A DNA stretch of 64,000 nucleotides from Candidatus Kaiserbacteria bacterium (GTDB taxonomy: Bacteria; Patescibacteriota; Minisyncoccia; Phycocordibacterales; UBA2100): assembly GCA_016217925.1 (NCBI GenBank), contig JACRFK010000009.1, forward strand, positions 33,191 to 97,190, in the 5' to 3' direction. The notes beneath the pieces are model-generated. The model saw only the letters and a program-made list of their open reading frames with translations. It searched no databases and was not told the DNA's origin. This document shows, in pieces, positions 26,109 to 36,703 of this stretch. A program made the translations under genes and the position numbers. Positions within the stretch are counted from its first letter, which is position 1, and each line of letters opens with the position of its first letter.

Positions 26109-28526
26109 ATGACGTTGACATTAAAGAAAATGTCGGCTGTAATCGCAGTGAGCGCATTTTTGCTCGTTGCAGCAGGCATCGTTATCTTGGGAAACCAGCG
26201 TCCAGCTCATGCAGACCTACCACCGCCGGGCTTCGGAAGCCAGATCGTGTGTAGAGTTTTTACGGCCTTAAATCAGATCGGTCCCCCGATACCCGTTTTT
26301 CCAGGGGATTGCCAAAACCCCCCGGATGCGACCCCACAATGTTCCGATGGTATCGACAACGATAGCGATGGATTGACTGACATCGCTGATCCAGGTTGCC
26401 ACAGCGATGGCAACGCCTCAAACACAGCTTCATACAACGCCGATGACAATGGCGAGTTTAATGTACCCGCCTGTTCCGACACGCTTGATAACGACGGCGA
26501 TGCACTGATAGACACTGAGGACCCAGCGTGCCATACCGACGGAAACGCGAGCAACGCAAGCTCTTACGACCCCGGTGGCACAGACGAATCCGCGTTCGTA
26601 CCGCAATGTAAGGATGGGCTTGATAACGACGACGACGGGTTGACCGACACTGCCGACCCAGGTTGTCATACCGACGGCAACGCGAGCAATTCAAGCTCGT
26701 ATAACGCCGATGATAATGGAGAGGCCAATTTGCCGGCCTGCTCTGATTCTCTCGATAACGATGGCGACGGCTTGATAGACAGCGCCGATCCGGCCTGTCA
26801 CACCGATGGAAACTCGGGCAATCCGGACTCATATAACGCCGGCGGCACGGATGAATCCGCATCTGTCCCTCAATGTGGGGACGGGCTTGATAACGACGGC
26901 GATGGCAAGACCGACACCGCCGACCCAGGCTGCCACTCCGATGGCAACGCAAGTAACGCGGGTTCGTACGACCCAGCCGACACAAGCGAGACTGACTCAG
27001 GTGGCGGCGGGAACGGGGGCGGCGGAGGTGGGGGAGCGACTACCACCACAGGCACCCTAGTCGTCACAAAAGTGTTCAATAGCGGCACCACAACACCGGC
27101 CTTGTTCTCGTTCACGATAAACGGGACTTCTACGACTGCGTTCGGTGCGGGGGGACAAAACATCTTCACTGTCGCCACCGGCACGTATACCGTGCTCGAA
27201 GTAGCCACGAGCACCTATACCGCGAGCCACGATAATTGCGGCGCGGTCACGGTATCAGCTGGCGCGACCACCACCTGTACGATAACGAATACGCTCGTTG
27301 CCACCTCGTCCACCATGGGTACGCTCATCGTCCAAAAAGTATTTGGCAGTGGGACGACGACCCCTACACTCTTCTCACTCCTCATCAACGAGGCGGCAAC
27401 GACCACCTTCGATGCCGACGGGCAAAACGAGTTCCTCGTAGCTACCGGCACGTATACCGTGCGTGAAATGGCGACTTCAACGTATGGCGCCGTATATAGC
27501 AACTGTTCGAACGTATCAGTAAACGCGGGAACGACAACAACGTGCGTTATAACAAACACCTTGGCCGTCGCGACCTTACCTGCGTGCTCCGACGGTGTCG
27601 ATAATGATAGTGACGGCCAAATAGATATGGCAGACTCGGGATGTAATGACCCGTCCGACGATACGGAAACTGCCGCAGCGTCAACGCCGGGCGGAGGCGG
27701 AGGAGGTGGTGGTGGCGGGGGAGGTGGCGGAGGAAGCGGCGGCTCGCTCTTTCCCGTGGCTCCGGTCCTCGGCACAGGGTCTTCGGGGGGCTCTAGCGGG
27801 ACCGTTCTCGGTACTTCGACGACGACCGCACCCGCACCTACTACATCATGTGCGGCCCTCGTCTCCGACTTCATGCGGTTGGGCAAAGATAACGACCCTG
27901 AGCAAGTGCGTCGCCTGCAGCAATTCTTGAACGAGGAAATGGGCTCGAATTTGCCGATAACTGGATTTTTCGGGCCTCTCACGGATGCCGCCGTGCGTGC
28001 ATTCCAGCGCAAATATCAAAGCGACATACTTGAACCATGGGGAATCAGTGGCGACACCGGCTATGTGTATCTCACGACACGCAAGAAAATAAACGAGCTC
28101 TACTGTCGCAATACAATGCAATTTCCTCTTACTACCGCAGAACAACAGCTGATAGAGCAAAGCCGCTCCGGAGCGCAACAAGGATCCGTACCGGCTTCCT
28201 CGCAGGAACCCGGACCGGCTTCTTCCTCGCCACCGCCGACGACAGGTGATGAAGCCACGGCCCAGGACGAAAGCTCTGCTGGACCTGGCACCTCCGTTAC
28301 TGGACAGGTATTCGGCACCTCATCGGCCTCGGACACTCCTTGGGAAACTGTGGGCGCCGGTCCAACGACAGGAAACATAGGCAATTTTCCTGAAGCTTCA
28401 CCTCAAATTATTGCGGCGCTCCTTGTTCTCCTTGCACTTGGCGCTGGGTGGTACTTCTGGTACCGACGGCCCACCATCCCGCCCACCATCCCGCCCACGG
28501 GGAGCTCTAGCGCCGGAAAGGCGTAG
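26109..28526 (+). CDS. Secreted surface protein with Asp-rich Cys repeats, peptidoglycan-binding-like domain and C-terminal TM anchor
   Basis: Signal (AHA); six CxDGxDNDxDGxxDxxDPxC repeats; VRRLQQFL...TGFFGPLTDAAVRAFQ; IIAALLVLLALGAGWYFWYRR. Confidence 0.85.
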   Translation: MTLTLKKMSAVIAVSAFLLVAAGIVILGNQRPAHADLPPPGFGSQIVCRVFTALNQIGPPIPVFPGDCQNPPDATPQCSDGIDNDSDGLTDIADPGCHSDGNASNTASYNADDNGEFNVPACSDTLDNDGDALIDTEDPACHTDGNASNASSYDPGGTDESAFVPQCKDGLDNDDDGLTDTADPGCHTDGNASNSSSYNADDNGEANLPACSDSLDNDGDGLIDSADPACHTDGNSGNPDSYNAGGTDESASVPQCGDGLDNDGDGKTDTADPGCHSDGNASNAGSYDPADTSETDSGGGGNGGGGGGGATTTTGTLVVTKVFNSGTTTPALFSFTINGTSTTAFGAGGQNIFTVATGTYTVLEVATSTYTASHDNCGAVTVSAGATTTCTITNTLVATSSTMGTLIVQKVFGSGTTTPTLFSLLINEAATTTFDADGQNEFLVATGTYTVREMATSTYGAVYSNCSNVSVNAGTTTTCVITNTLAVATLPACSDGVDNDSDGQIDMADSGCNDPSDDTETAAASTPGGGGGGGGGGGGGGGSGGSLFPVAPVLGTGSSGGSSGTVLGTSTTTAPAPTTSCAALVSDFMRLGKDNDPEQVRRLQQFLNEEMGSNLPITGFFGPLTDAAVRAFQRKYQSDILEPWGISGDTGYVYLTTRKKINELYCRNTMQFPLTTAEQQLIEQSRSGAQQGSVPASSQEPGPASSSPPPTTGDEATAQDESSAGPGTSVTGQVFGTSSASDTPWETVGAGPTTGNIGNFPEASPQIIAALLVLLALGAGWYFWYRRPTIPPTIPPTGSSSAGKA

Positions 28527-28690
28527 GGATGTAGCGGTTTTCTCCGCTCAAAATCACGCACGTTCGCGTATTGACGTTTACGAGTTCTGTCTTTGGATAC
28601 GCGAAAAGCGTTGACAGGGCAATGGACAAGTATATCTTTGGGGGCGGCGAGTTCTCACTGCTTTATTGTTTCTAATATTCCCAAAGGCTT

Positions 28691-30502
28691 ATGACGTTGA
28701 CATCACGAAGGATGTCGGCGGGGCTCGCGACGCTTTTCGCGATACTCGCGGCCGGCACCCTTCTCTTGGGAAACCAGCGTCTAGCTCATGCAGAAGTACC
28801 TCCGAATCTGGGAAGTCAGATCGTTTGTAGAGTATTTACCGACTTAAACCATATCGGACCGCCAATACCGCTTTTCCCAGGCGATTGTCAAAATCCTCCG
28901 GGCTCCCCCCCGCAGTGTTCCGACGGTATCGACAATGATGCCGACGGACTCGCAGACTATCCGGCGGATACAGGCTGCTCGAGTACGAGCGACAACACCG
29001 AAGCGCCGAATCCGCCTCCGCCGCCCCAATGCTCGAACGGGAGCGACGACGATAATGACAGCTTTACAGACCAAAACGACCCAAATTGCCACACCGATGG
29101 CGACCCGACCAATTCTGCAACGTACAACCCGAATGGCACCGAAGCGGGCAGCCTTCCCGCATGCTGGAATGGCGTAGACGATGATGGCGATGGGCTCAAA
29201 GACTTCCCGGCCGACCCCGGATGCACTTCGGCGCTTGACACCAGTGAATCAAACACGCCGACGCAGGGTCCGGAAAATACCCTTGCATTATGTTCAGACG
29301 GCATTGATAACGACGCCGATAGCAAAGTAGACCTTGCTGATCCGGATTGTGCAGGCTTCCAGGCGAAATTGGTCGTTGTGAAGATAGTTGTGAACGATAA
29401 CGGCGGCACCAGTGTGGCGTCGGACTTTTCTTTGCACATAGCTACAAGCTCTACAGGCTCTGCGGAAGCAATCGGCGTATCATCCGGCGCCACGACGACC
29501 GTGCATACGGGTACATGGACGGTGAGCGAGGTACAAAAATCCGGATATACGGCCACCTTTGGCGGTGATTGCAATACGAGCGGGCAGGTAACACTGGGAG
29601 CTGGGGAAACCAAGACGTGCACTATCACCAATAACGACATCGCGCCGTCCGCTCCGGCGTGTTCCGACGGTATAGACAACGACAACGACGGTAAAATCGA
29701 CAGCGTAGACCCCGGGTGCAGCGATGCAAACGACACGGATGAAGCAAATGCTCCGGAGTCACCCGCGTGCTCCGACGGTCTGGACAACGATGACGACGAC
29801 CTGATAGATAGCGCAGACCCCGGCTGCAACGACAGCAATGATACTGATGAAACGAACACGCCGCCGTCCTCGGGGGGTGGTGGCGCTGGCGGAGGCGGAG
29901 GTGGCGGAGGTGGGATAGGTCCTGACCTCATCTCGCCCGGCGGAGCCATATTCACGGCGGGGCCGACTGCTGCTGTCCTTGGGGTTGCAACGACGACCGC
30001 GCTTTTACCGGCCCTTGTGCTCAAACCAAAGGAATCGTGCGACATGTACGTTACGTCCTTTATAAAAAGCGGTGCAAAGAATGACGCAGATCAAGTACGA
30101 CGTCTCCAGCATGTATTGCGCGAATATGAAGGCGCCAAGATCGAGATACATGGTGTCTATGACGAACCGACTCTCGCGGCAGTGCACACATTCCAGAGCA
30201 AGTATGCCCAAGACGTATTGACCCCTTGGGGAATTACCAAGTCAACGGGCTTCACGTATCTCACGACACGCAAGAAAATAAACGAGGTGTATTGCCGCGG
30301 CACCAAACAATTCCCGCTCACGACCGCCGAGCAGCAGACAATAGTAAAATCACGTTCACCGATACAGCCACTTTCGCCAACTTCAACGAAGATCGCACCG
30401 GCGGCATCTCCTTCCCCACTTCCCGCGGAAGCGGTCCCTGAAACGGCAAAAAGCTTGTGGCAGCGTCTCCTCGACGTGGTAAAAGGAGCACGAGGGCAAT
30501 AG
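28691..30502 (+). CDS. Paralogous secreted protein with Asp-rich Cys repeats and peptidoglycan-binding-like domain
   Basis: Shares GSQIVCRVFT..LN.IGPPIP.FPGDCQNPP and YLTTRKKINE.YC with the upstream gene. Confidence 0.85.
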   Translation: MTLTSRRMSAGLATLFAILAAGTLLLGNQRLAHAEVPPNLGSQIVCRVFTDLNHIGPPIPLFPGDCQNPPGSPPQCSDGIDNDADGLADYPADTGCSSTSDNTEAPNPPPPPQCSNGSDDDNDSFTDQNDPNCHTDGDPTNSATYNPNGTEAGSLPACWNGVDDDGDGLKDFPADPGCTSALDTSESNTPTQGPENTLALCSDGIDNDADSKVDLADPDCAGFQAKLVVVKIVVNDNGGTSVASDFSLHIATSSTGSAEAIGVSSGATTTVHTGTWTVSEVQKSGYTATFGGDCNTSGQVTLGAGETKTCTITNNDIAPSAPACSDGIDNDNDGKIDSVDPGCSDANDTDEANAPESPACSDGLDNDDDDLIDSADPGCNDSNDTDETNTPPSSGGGGAGGGGGGGGGIGPDLISPGGAIFTAGPTAAVLGVATTTALLPALVLKPKESCDMYVTSFIKSGAKNDADQVRRLQHVLREYEGAKIEIHGVYDEPTLAAVHTFQSKYAQDVLTPWGITKSTGFTYLTTRKKINEVYCRGTKQFPLTTAEQQTIVKSRSPIQPLSPTSTKIAPAASPSPLPAEAVPETAKSLWQRLLDVVKGARGQ

Positions 30503-30543
30503 AGAAAAGCACATAGGTCGGTTCTCTGTGCTAAAATCCGGTC

Positions 30544-31242
30544 ATGCTGCGAAAAACACCCCTTCTCTCTGGAGAGACCTATCATATCTACAATAGGGGT
30601 GCGCATAAGTACGCGACCTTCACAGACGAGTCAGACTACTGGCGCTTTTCTGCGCTCCTCCATCTCGCAAATCACTCCGGCCCTGTATTGTTGCGTGAGA
30701 TTCTTGAGCGCAAAAAGCACATAGGTCGGTTCTCGGGGGAGATTTTTACTGAACAAACTGACAAGTCTCTTGTTGATTTGCTGGCATATTCACTTATGCC
30801 GAATCATTTCCATTTTGTCATCAGGCAAAAAATGGATAACGGGATCACAAAGTTTATGCAAAAACTGACCGTGTCTTATTCAATGTACTTCAATACCAAG
30901 TATGAGCATAGCGGCGTTCTATTCCAAGGCCGCTTCAAGAGCAGCCACTTAGGTACCGACCCGTACTTCAAATGGATCTTTTCCTATATCCATCTCAATC
31001 CGGTCTCTCTCGTCGAACCACAATGGAAGGAAAAAGGTATTGGCAACCCCGCGCAGTCGAAGGAATTTCTCAGAAACTATCGACACTCAAGCTACTACGA
31101 CTACTACGTGGGGGAGCGACCCGAGCGAGCAATTCTTGCGTACGATGAGGCGGTCGGTCTTCTGGACAAAGAGGCCGATCTTCAAGATATGCTAGCGGCG
31201 TATGTGAATGGCAGAGCTCTCTATTCCAACTCCAACGTATAA
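30544..31242 (+). mobile_element. REP-associated tyrosine transposase (RAYT, Y1 HUH family)
   Basis: YHIYNRG, AYSLMPNHFH, GVLFQGRFKS, YIHLNP, SSY. Confidence 0.93.
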
Positions 31243-31685
31243 AAAAGCACATAGGTCGGTTCTCGGGGATTTGACAAGGGCGGGTTGTTGTATAAGATTC
31301 CACGCCGGAGACCGTAGTCTCATAGAAAAAAGAAAGTGTCCTTTTGAAGAGACTTCAGAGCGGACCCGAGACCGACAGCTTTCGCTGGTTTCCCTAGGGC
31401 TTGGGTCCACTCTGGAACCTCTCCATGATGAAATTATAACTCGCGCCCGGGAAAGCACGTCGCTATCTGTGTATATTTAGGCATATTGCCCGAAAAAGAG
31501 CCTCTGTTGCAACGCGGATATACACACGCTTGTCCACAGCTTGTACACGGAAAAGCACATAGGTCGGTTCTCGGCGGTCTTAAAGCCAAGATTTCACTAG
31601 GGAGATTGACGGATAGTAATTGATTGTGTCGTATTGCATAAAATAGGCGAAATATCATTGACCTGGCGCGCGATAGATACATAAT

Positions 31686-31838
31686 GGCTGCAACGTTGCG
31701 TGTGTGCCCCGCATTCAGAGGGGCAGACGCGACGAGGGGAACCAGCGACATAGTATGGTCGCTGTAGGAAACAATCGTAAAGGACAGAATCTAAAGAGGC
31801 GGAGCACTCAGCTTATGGGTGGTTCGCTTTTTTATTTT
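31686..31838 (+). ncRNA. Candidate small RNA or attenuated leader
   Basis: TTGACC/CATAAT promoter-like pair, two hairpins, then terminator gcggagcactca...tgggtggttcgc-ttttttatttt. Confidence 0.4.
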
Positions 31839-32052
31839 GCTATCGGACAGGCTGAGGTGGAGAGCACAGCACGCTGCGCTTAAGAGACAAGCGCGTCGTG
31901 CCGTGAACTCCACGTTTCCGAGTCCGCCTCGGCGGAGGAGGAGAAGGGAAGTTCACATAAGGGTCGATAACCTATCGTCGCGTGCGCAAATTTATTAGCA
32001 AGCGAGACGGTGGATTTACCAGATTCATTAAAAAAAATCAAAACAAAACATT

Positions 32053-32769
32053 ATGCAAAACACATACGGAAAGGCAGCGGCTATCGCAACGTCGGTAGCT
32101 ATGGCTTTGGGAACATTCGGATTCGCAGCTCCTGCGTTCGCAGCTGTGAACTCTTCGAGCATCACGATCTCGATAACGAACCGTGGCTCGATCGACAACA
32201 CGACACAGGCTGATGCGCACACGGGCCAGAACATTGCGCTCGGAAGCCAGGGTGGCTTGGGCGGCAACGGCGGCTCAGTTACCTCGGCTGGCAGTGAGAA
32301 CAACGGCGGTGCGACAGCCGGCAACGGCGGCAACGGCGGCAATGGTGGAGCTGGTGGCCTCGTGACTACGGGTAACGCTTCGGCGGACGCTGGCACGCAG
32401 AACGGCCTCAACGGCACCGACGCAACAATTGAATTCGATTGCGCATGTGGTGACCTCAACAGTGTTACTGTTGGCGTAACAATCGACAACGACCGCGAGT
32501 TCCCAACCCAGAACAACATCGACAACACGACACAGGCACGTGCTCGCTCAGGGCAAAATCTTGCCGATGGCAGCACAGGTGGCGATGCAGGAACGGGTGG
32601 TGACGTGACCGGTGGCTCGGGCAGCGAGAACAACGGTGGCGCAACGAGCGGCAACGGCGGCAACGGCGGCTCGGGCGGTCTCGGCGGCGAAATCGCCACG
32701 GGCAGCGCAACCAGCAAGTCTGGTTCTGTCAACATGTTGAACACAACGATCCTTCGCGTTCGCATGTAA
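32053..32769 (+). CDS. Secreted Gly/Asn/Thr-rich two-repeat protein
   Basis: Signal (PAFA); duplicated IDNTTQA.A..GQN.A...GG.(V/I).TG.A......N.LN.T. Confidence 0.85.
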   Translation: MQNTYGKAAAIATSVAMALGTFGFAAPAFAAVNSSSITISITNRGSIDNTTQADAHTGQNIALGSQGGLGGNGGSVTSAGSENNGGATAGNGGNGGNGGAGGLVTTGNASADAGTQNGLNGTDATIEFDCACGDLNSVTVGVTIDNDREFPTQNNIDNTTQARARSGQNLADGSTGGDAGTGGDVTGGSGSENNGGATSGNGGNGGSGGLGGEIATGSATSKSGSVNMLNTTILRVRM

Positions 32770-32916
32770 TCTCTGGGACTAAAGTACTTGCTTTAGTTGC
32801 AGAAGTTCTTGGAGGGTCGGTACCGCCGCCGGCGGTACCGACCTCCGGAGAGTCCTTCTTAGGGAAGGAAGGTTCTCCGGAGGGAAGCCTCTTAGCAAAA
32901 CAATATAAATAAAAAT

Positions 32917-33474
32917 ATGACAAAAACACACGGTAGAACAATGACTCTCTTCGCCGCATGCGGGCTCATTCTCGCGGGGATGTTCTTCTTGATGCCGCGC
33001 GGAGCGGACGCAGCGCAGACCACCTCCCGACTCGGCGGAGGCAATGCGCTTCTGCGGGCAACGGTTGGTCTGTTGCACGCGAGCTCCACAAGCGACATCC
33101 TCGCGCACCTCACTTTTGCGAGTACGCGTGGTGTCCCCGGTACCACATCCTCGCAAAGCTCGGATGGCTACGGGGCAGGCGAGAATGATACGGCGAACGA
33201 TACGGGAGGCAGCACTGCCGGTGGTGTCGACGGCTCGCAGGGAAACTCGGGTGAACCAGCCCCACAAGGGAACGCAAACGACAACGGCGGCAACCCCATT
33301 GGAAACTCTGCGAGTTCCAACGGGGCAGGCGGCGGCGCTACTGCCGGTAACGGAGGAGATGGCGGCAACGGAGGAGGTGCAGCGGCAGGAGGATTGGTGC
33401 GAGCAGGGAACGTCGTCTCGAACGCGAATGCGTCAAATGCGATAAACGTGACCACTGTTCGTATCAGCCGATAA
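32917..33474 (+). CDS. Secreted Gly/Asn-rich protein related to the upstream gene
   Basis: Signal (ADA); GGATAGNGGDGGNGG...GGLVRAGNVVSNANASNAINVTTVRI. Confidence 0.8.
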   Translation: MTKTHGRTMTLFAACGLILAGMFFLMPRGADAAQTTSRLGGGNALLRATVGLLHASSTSDILAHLTFASTRGVPGTTSSQSSDGYGAGENDTANDTGGSTAGGVDGSQGNSGEPAPQGNANDNGGNPIGNSASSNGAGGGATAGNGGDGGNGGGAAAGGLVRAGNVVSNANASNAINVTTVRISR

Positions 33475-33487
33475 TCCAAAAAACAGT

Positions 33488-33658
33488 ATGACAACACATC
33501 TCGCAAAAAACAGCATTATAGGAACAATACTCATCGGCGCACTTTTGGCCCCGATGTTCGCCTTTGCCCAACCGTGCTCGCCTCGCCCCGGTAGCGGCGT
33601 GAGGACCCCAAGCGCCTTCAACGACATGAATGCTGTTATGGCCCGATTTCACCGCTAA
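33488..33658 (+). CDS. Small secreted peptide (56 aa), absent from the ORF track
   Basis: MTTHLAKNSIIGTILIGALLAPMFAFA-QPCSPRPGSGVRTPSAFNDMNAVMARFHR; fills the operon gap. Confidence 0.65.
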   Translation: MTTHLAKNSIIGTILIGALLAPMFAFAQPCSPRPGSGVRTPSAFNDMNAVMARFHR

Positions 33659-33682
33659 GGCTAAGGAAAAGAGCACCATGGT

Positions 33683-34123
33683 ATGACAAAAACAACACAA
33701 AAAGCACATAGGTCGGTTCTCGGGGGAATGGCGGCACTTATCTTTCTCGCGGTGTTTTTAATTGCTTTTAATGCGTATGCAGATGGGGGCGCCGCGCGGG
33801 ACCGCGGGACATCCGGCCGCACCACTACTCCTACTCCACCACCACCTCCACCACCGAGCCCTGCACCGGTGCCGGTGCCGCCATCCTCAAATCCGTCCGG
33901 CGGTATTACGAACGTAACGACTGGAGAGGTTGATTCGGGCGGCAATACCGGCGGCAATGTTACGACAGGAGACGAGAGCGTGGAGATAACGGTCGTAAAT
34001 ATCGGGCCGACGAATAGTTCCCAATCGGTAATTATCCCGGGCCCGACTCCACCTCCCACGCCGGAGTGTGACTCGCGTACTCGGACAGGATGCGAGACGC
34101 AGGGTCCAGACCGCACACGTTAG
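33683..34123 (+). CDS. Secreted Pro-rich protein with one TG repeat unit
   Basis: Signal (AYA); ITNVTTGEVDSGGNTGGNVTTGDESVEITVVN. Confidence 0.75.
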   Translation: MTKTTQKAHRSVLGGMAALIFLAVFLIAFNAYADGGAARDRGTSGRTTTPTPPPPPPPSPAPVPVPPSSNPSGGITNVTTGEVDSGGNTGGNVTTGDESVEITVVNIGPTNSSQSVIIPGPTPPPTPECDSRTRTGCETQGPDRTR

Positions 34124-34169
34124 GAGGAACTATTATCCTTTATTGATTATTAATTTAGAAAATAAATAT

Positions 34170-36131
34170 ATGACAAACAAACTAACCACTCTCATCGCAA
34201 CGTTCATCGCCGTCGCTGCGCTGCTTGCCTTTGGGGGGGTCCGCGCCTTCGCCGCCTCCTCGCTTTTCGGCGGCGCGTCGCTCGGGCTTGGCTATGTAAG
34301 CCTCGTCTCGGATGGAAGCGACAACCCAGGCAATACGACGAACGATTGGAGTGAAGTATCGTTCGACGACATGAACGGCGTGACGTTCTCAGATCTCGCA
34401 GTTTTGAGCGCCGATTTTGACGTGACGGATGATAGCTGTGGTGGCGGATCTCCTCGCTTCCAGATCGCCATTGATGACGATAACGACACCGTCTCCGACG
34501 GCAACATCTTTGTGTATCTCGGCCCATCTCCATCATTTTCAGGATGCACGGGAGGCTGGCAGAACTCTGGCAATCTCATCGGGAACGAAGACGCGGGAAG
34601 ATGGGACTACACACAACTCGGTGGGCCTTTGGGCGGTTATAGCGGAGCGACTGCAAGCATTCAAAACGGCAAGATCCTCGGCATCAGCATTGTAGTTGAC
34701 AGCTACTGGAGCGCGGCCGCGACTGGCGGTGATTCAGAGATGACCACAAATATAGACAACGTGGTTATGAAAAAACTCGTCGGCTCGACCTACGACTTCG
34801 AAGCGCCGGCAACTGTCACCGTTAGCATCGTGAAGTACGTGGACGGTGTGCACGCGACGGCGGGGAATGCGAGCAGCCTTTCGTTCCCAATAGATGCAAC
34901 GTGGAATGCCGTGAATATCGGCGCAGGCGCAGGAAGCTTCGCACTCTCGACCATCGGCTTCAACAATCCGAATCCGTATGAGGCGACGACTGCGGAAATG
35001 ACGAGCGGCGCTGACTACTCGGTAAGCGAGGACACGAGTGGACCAAATGTGGGCGCGAGCTGTGCCGACAACAAGCCGTTCGCTCTCGCAGGATATTCGA
35101 CCGGCGATACCGAGGGCGCGGCTGCAGGCGCTGCGACGTCATCGAGCGCTGTTCTCGCCGGCATTACGACCGACAAGTTCATTATCGTGTGGAACGAAAC
35201 CTGCGAGGATGAAGGGACGTTAACGTTGCAAAAGACCGTTGTCACCGACAGCGGCGGCACGGCCACCGACACCGATTGGACGCTCTCTGCTTCCGGCCCG
35301 ACGCCGATCTCGGGCGTGGAGGGCAATGCGAGCGTCACAAACGCAGTTGTGCTTGCGGGTACCTACGACCTCTCTGAATCGGGCCCAGGCGGATACACAG
35401 CTTCCGATTGGGTCTGCACCGCAAATGGCGGCGGGCCCGCGCCTACCTTCGTGCAGGATGATGGCGACACGATAACGATAAGTGATGGAGATGACATCAC
35501 GTGCGTCATCACAAACGACGACGACTTCGTACCAACTCCGCCTCCTTCTCCGACTGCATGCGACACACCGGGCGTGGCGCCGTTCGGGTACACCCTCCAG
35601 AATGGCACGGCGGGTAACGACAACGTCACTATCGCGCCATTCACCATGTTCGTCGGGTTTGGCGGCTACGACACGGTGAACGGACCTGCCGACGGGAACT
35701 ACATCGTCTGCACCGGAGCCAAGACCGACAAAATCACGCTCGGAAATGGTGACTTCACGATAAGTGCGGGAGAGGGACACAACAACATCACAACGGGGAA
35801 TGGCAACGGCTACATCGTGACGGGCAGCGGTAACGACCAGGTAAAGACAGGTAACGGGACACAAACGATACAAGCGGGTGAGGGTTACAACTGGATCTTG
35901 ACCGGTGATGGCGATAAGAACGTAACAACCGGCAGTGTGGGCGATCAGATATACACCGGCGCGGGCTCCGACACGATAAACGCGGGCGGTGGATACAATA
36001 AGGTCAACTCAGGTGCAGGAAACGACACAATTACGTCCGGCCCCAACAACGACAACATCGACGGCGGTGCAGACTTCGACACGTGCAATGGGGGAGGTGG
36101 ATACGACGCAATAACGAACTGCGAGGCGTAA
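34170..36131 (+). CDS. Secreted protein with C-terminal RTX-like Gly-rich nonapeptide repeats
   Basis: Signal (AFA); repeats such as TGSGNDQVK, SGAGNDTIT, GGADFDTCN. Confidence 0.85.
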   Translation: MTNKLTTLIATFIAVAALLAFGGVRAFAASSLFGGASLGLGYVSLVSDGSDNPGNTTNDWSEVSFDDMNGVTFSDLAVLSADFDVTDDSCGGGSPRFQIAIDDDNDTVSDGNIFVYLGPSPSFSGCTGGWQNSGNLIGNEDAGRWDYTQLGGPLGGYSGATASIQNGKILGISIVVDSYWSAAATGGDSEMTTNIDNVVMKKLVGSTYDFEAPATVTVSIVKYVDGVHATAGNASSLSFPIDATWNAVNIGAGAGSFALSTIGFNNPNPYEATTAEMTSGADYSVSEDTSGPNVGASCADNKPFALAGYSTGDTEGAAAGAATSSSAVLAGITTDKFIIVWNETCEDEGTLTLQKTVVTDSGGTATDTDWTLSASGPTPISGVEGNASVTNAVVLAGTYDLSESGPGGYTASDWVCTANGGGPAPTFVQDDGDTITISDGDDITCVITNDDDFVPTPPPSPTACDTPGVAPFGYTLQNGTAGNDNVTIAPFTMFVGFGGYDTVNGPADGNYIVCTGAKTDKITLGNGDFTISAGEGHNNITTGNGNGYIVTGSGNDQVKTGNGTQTIQAGEGYNWILTGDGDKNVTTGSVGDQIYTGAGSDTINAGGGYNKVNSGAGNDTITSGPNNDNIDGGADFDTCNGGGGYDAITNCEA

Positions 36132-36160
36132 ATTATCAAATTAGTAATTACGAATAAATT

Positions 36161-36565
36161 ATGAACACATCAGTAACTCAGAAAACGTATGTAGTGGCCC
36201 TCGTGATACTTCTGGCAGTCCTTGCCTACATCGCGCTTGCGCCGACTGCGGACGCAAGCACACAAGTAGGGGGGAGATCAGACCGCACGCGCGAAGTAGG
36301 AGCCCCGTTGCCCGGAGGCACGGGCGGCACCGGAGGTTCGCAGGGCGGGACATCGGGAGAAAGCGGACAGTCCGGAGATTCGTCAACCAACGAAACATTG
36401 GACCAGGAGGCAGCACAGGCGCTCATCGATGAGATAGTAGACAACGTGCCAAACGAAAGCGACTTCCCGAGCCAAAGTGACATCGATGAAGCGACCGACC
36501 CGCCCACGATTCCCGGCTTTCTCGCCCTCTTCAATACGTTCCTCACACGCTTCCGGGATAGATAG
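36161..36565 (+). CDS. Small secreted acidic/Gly-rich protein
   Basis: Signal (ADA); amphipathic C-terminus FLALFNTFLTRF. Confidence 0.7.
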   Translation: MNTSVTQKTYVVALVILLAVLAYIALAPTADASTQVGGRSDRTREVGAPLPGGTGGTGGSQGGTSGESGQSGDSSTNETLDQEAAQALIDEIVDNVPNESDFPSQSDIDEATDPPTIPGFLALFNTFLTRFRDR

Positions 36566-36703
36566 TTGCCGGAACATCTCTGCTACGTGGGAGGGAATGG
36601 ATAGGTGGGAAATATGCCCTCAGTAGAGCCAAGATTCTCCTTTTCTCGGGGCCTTGACCTGTCTGTCCTTGAGAGGTAAAACTGGAGGCCCAGAGAGCGA
36701 ATT

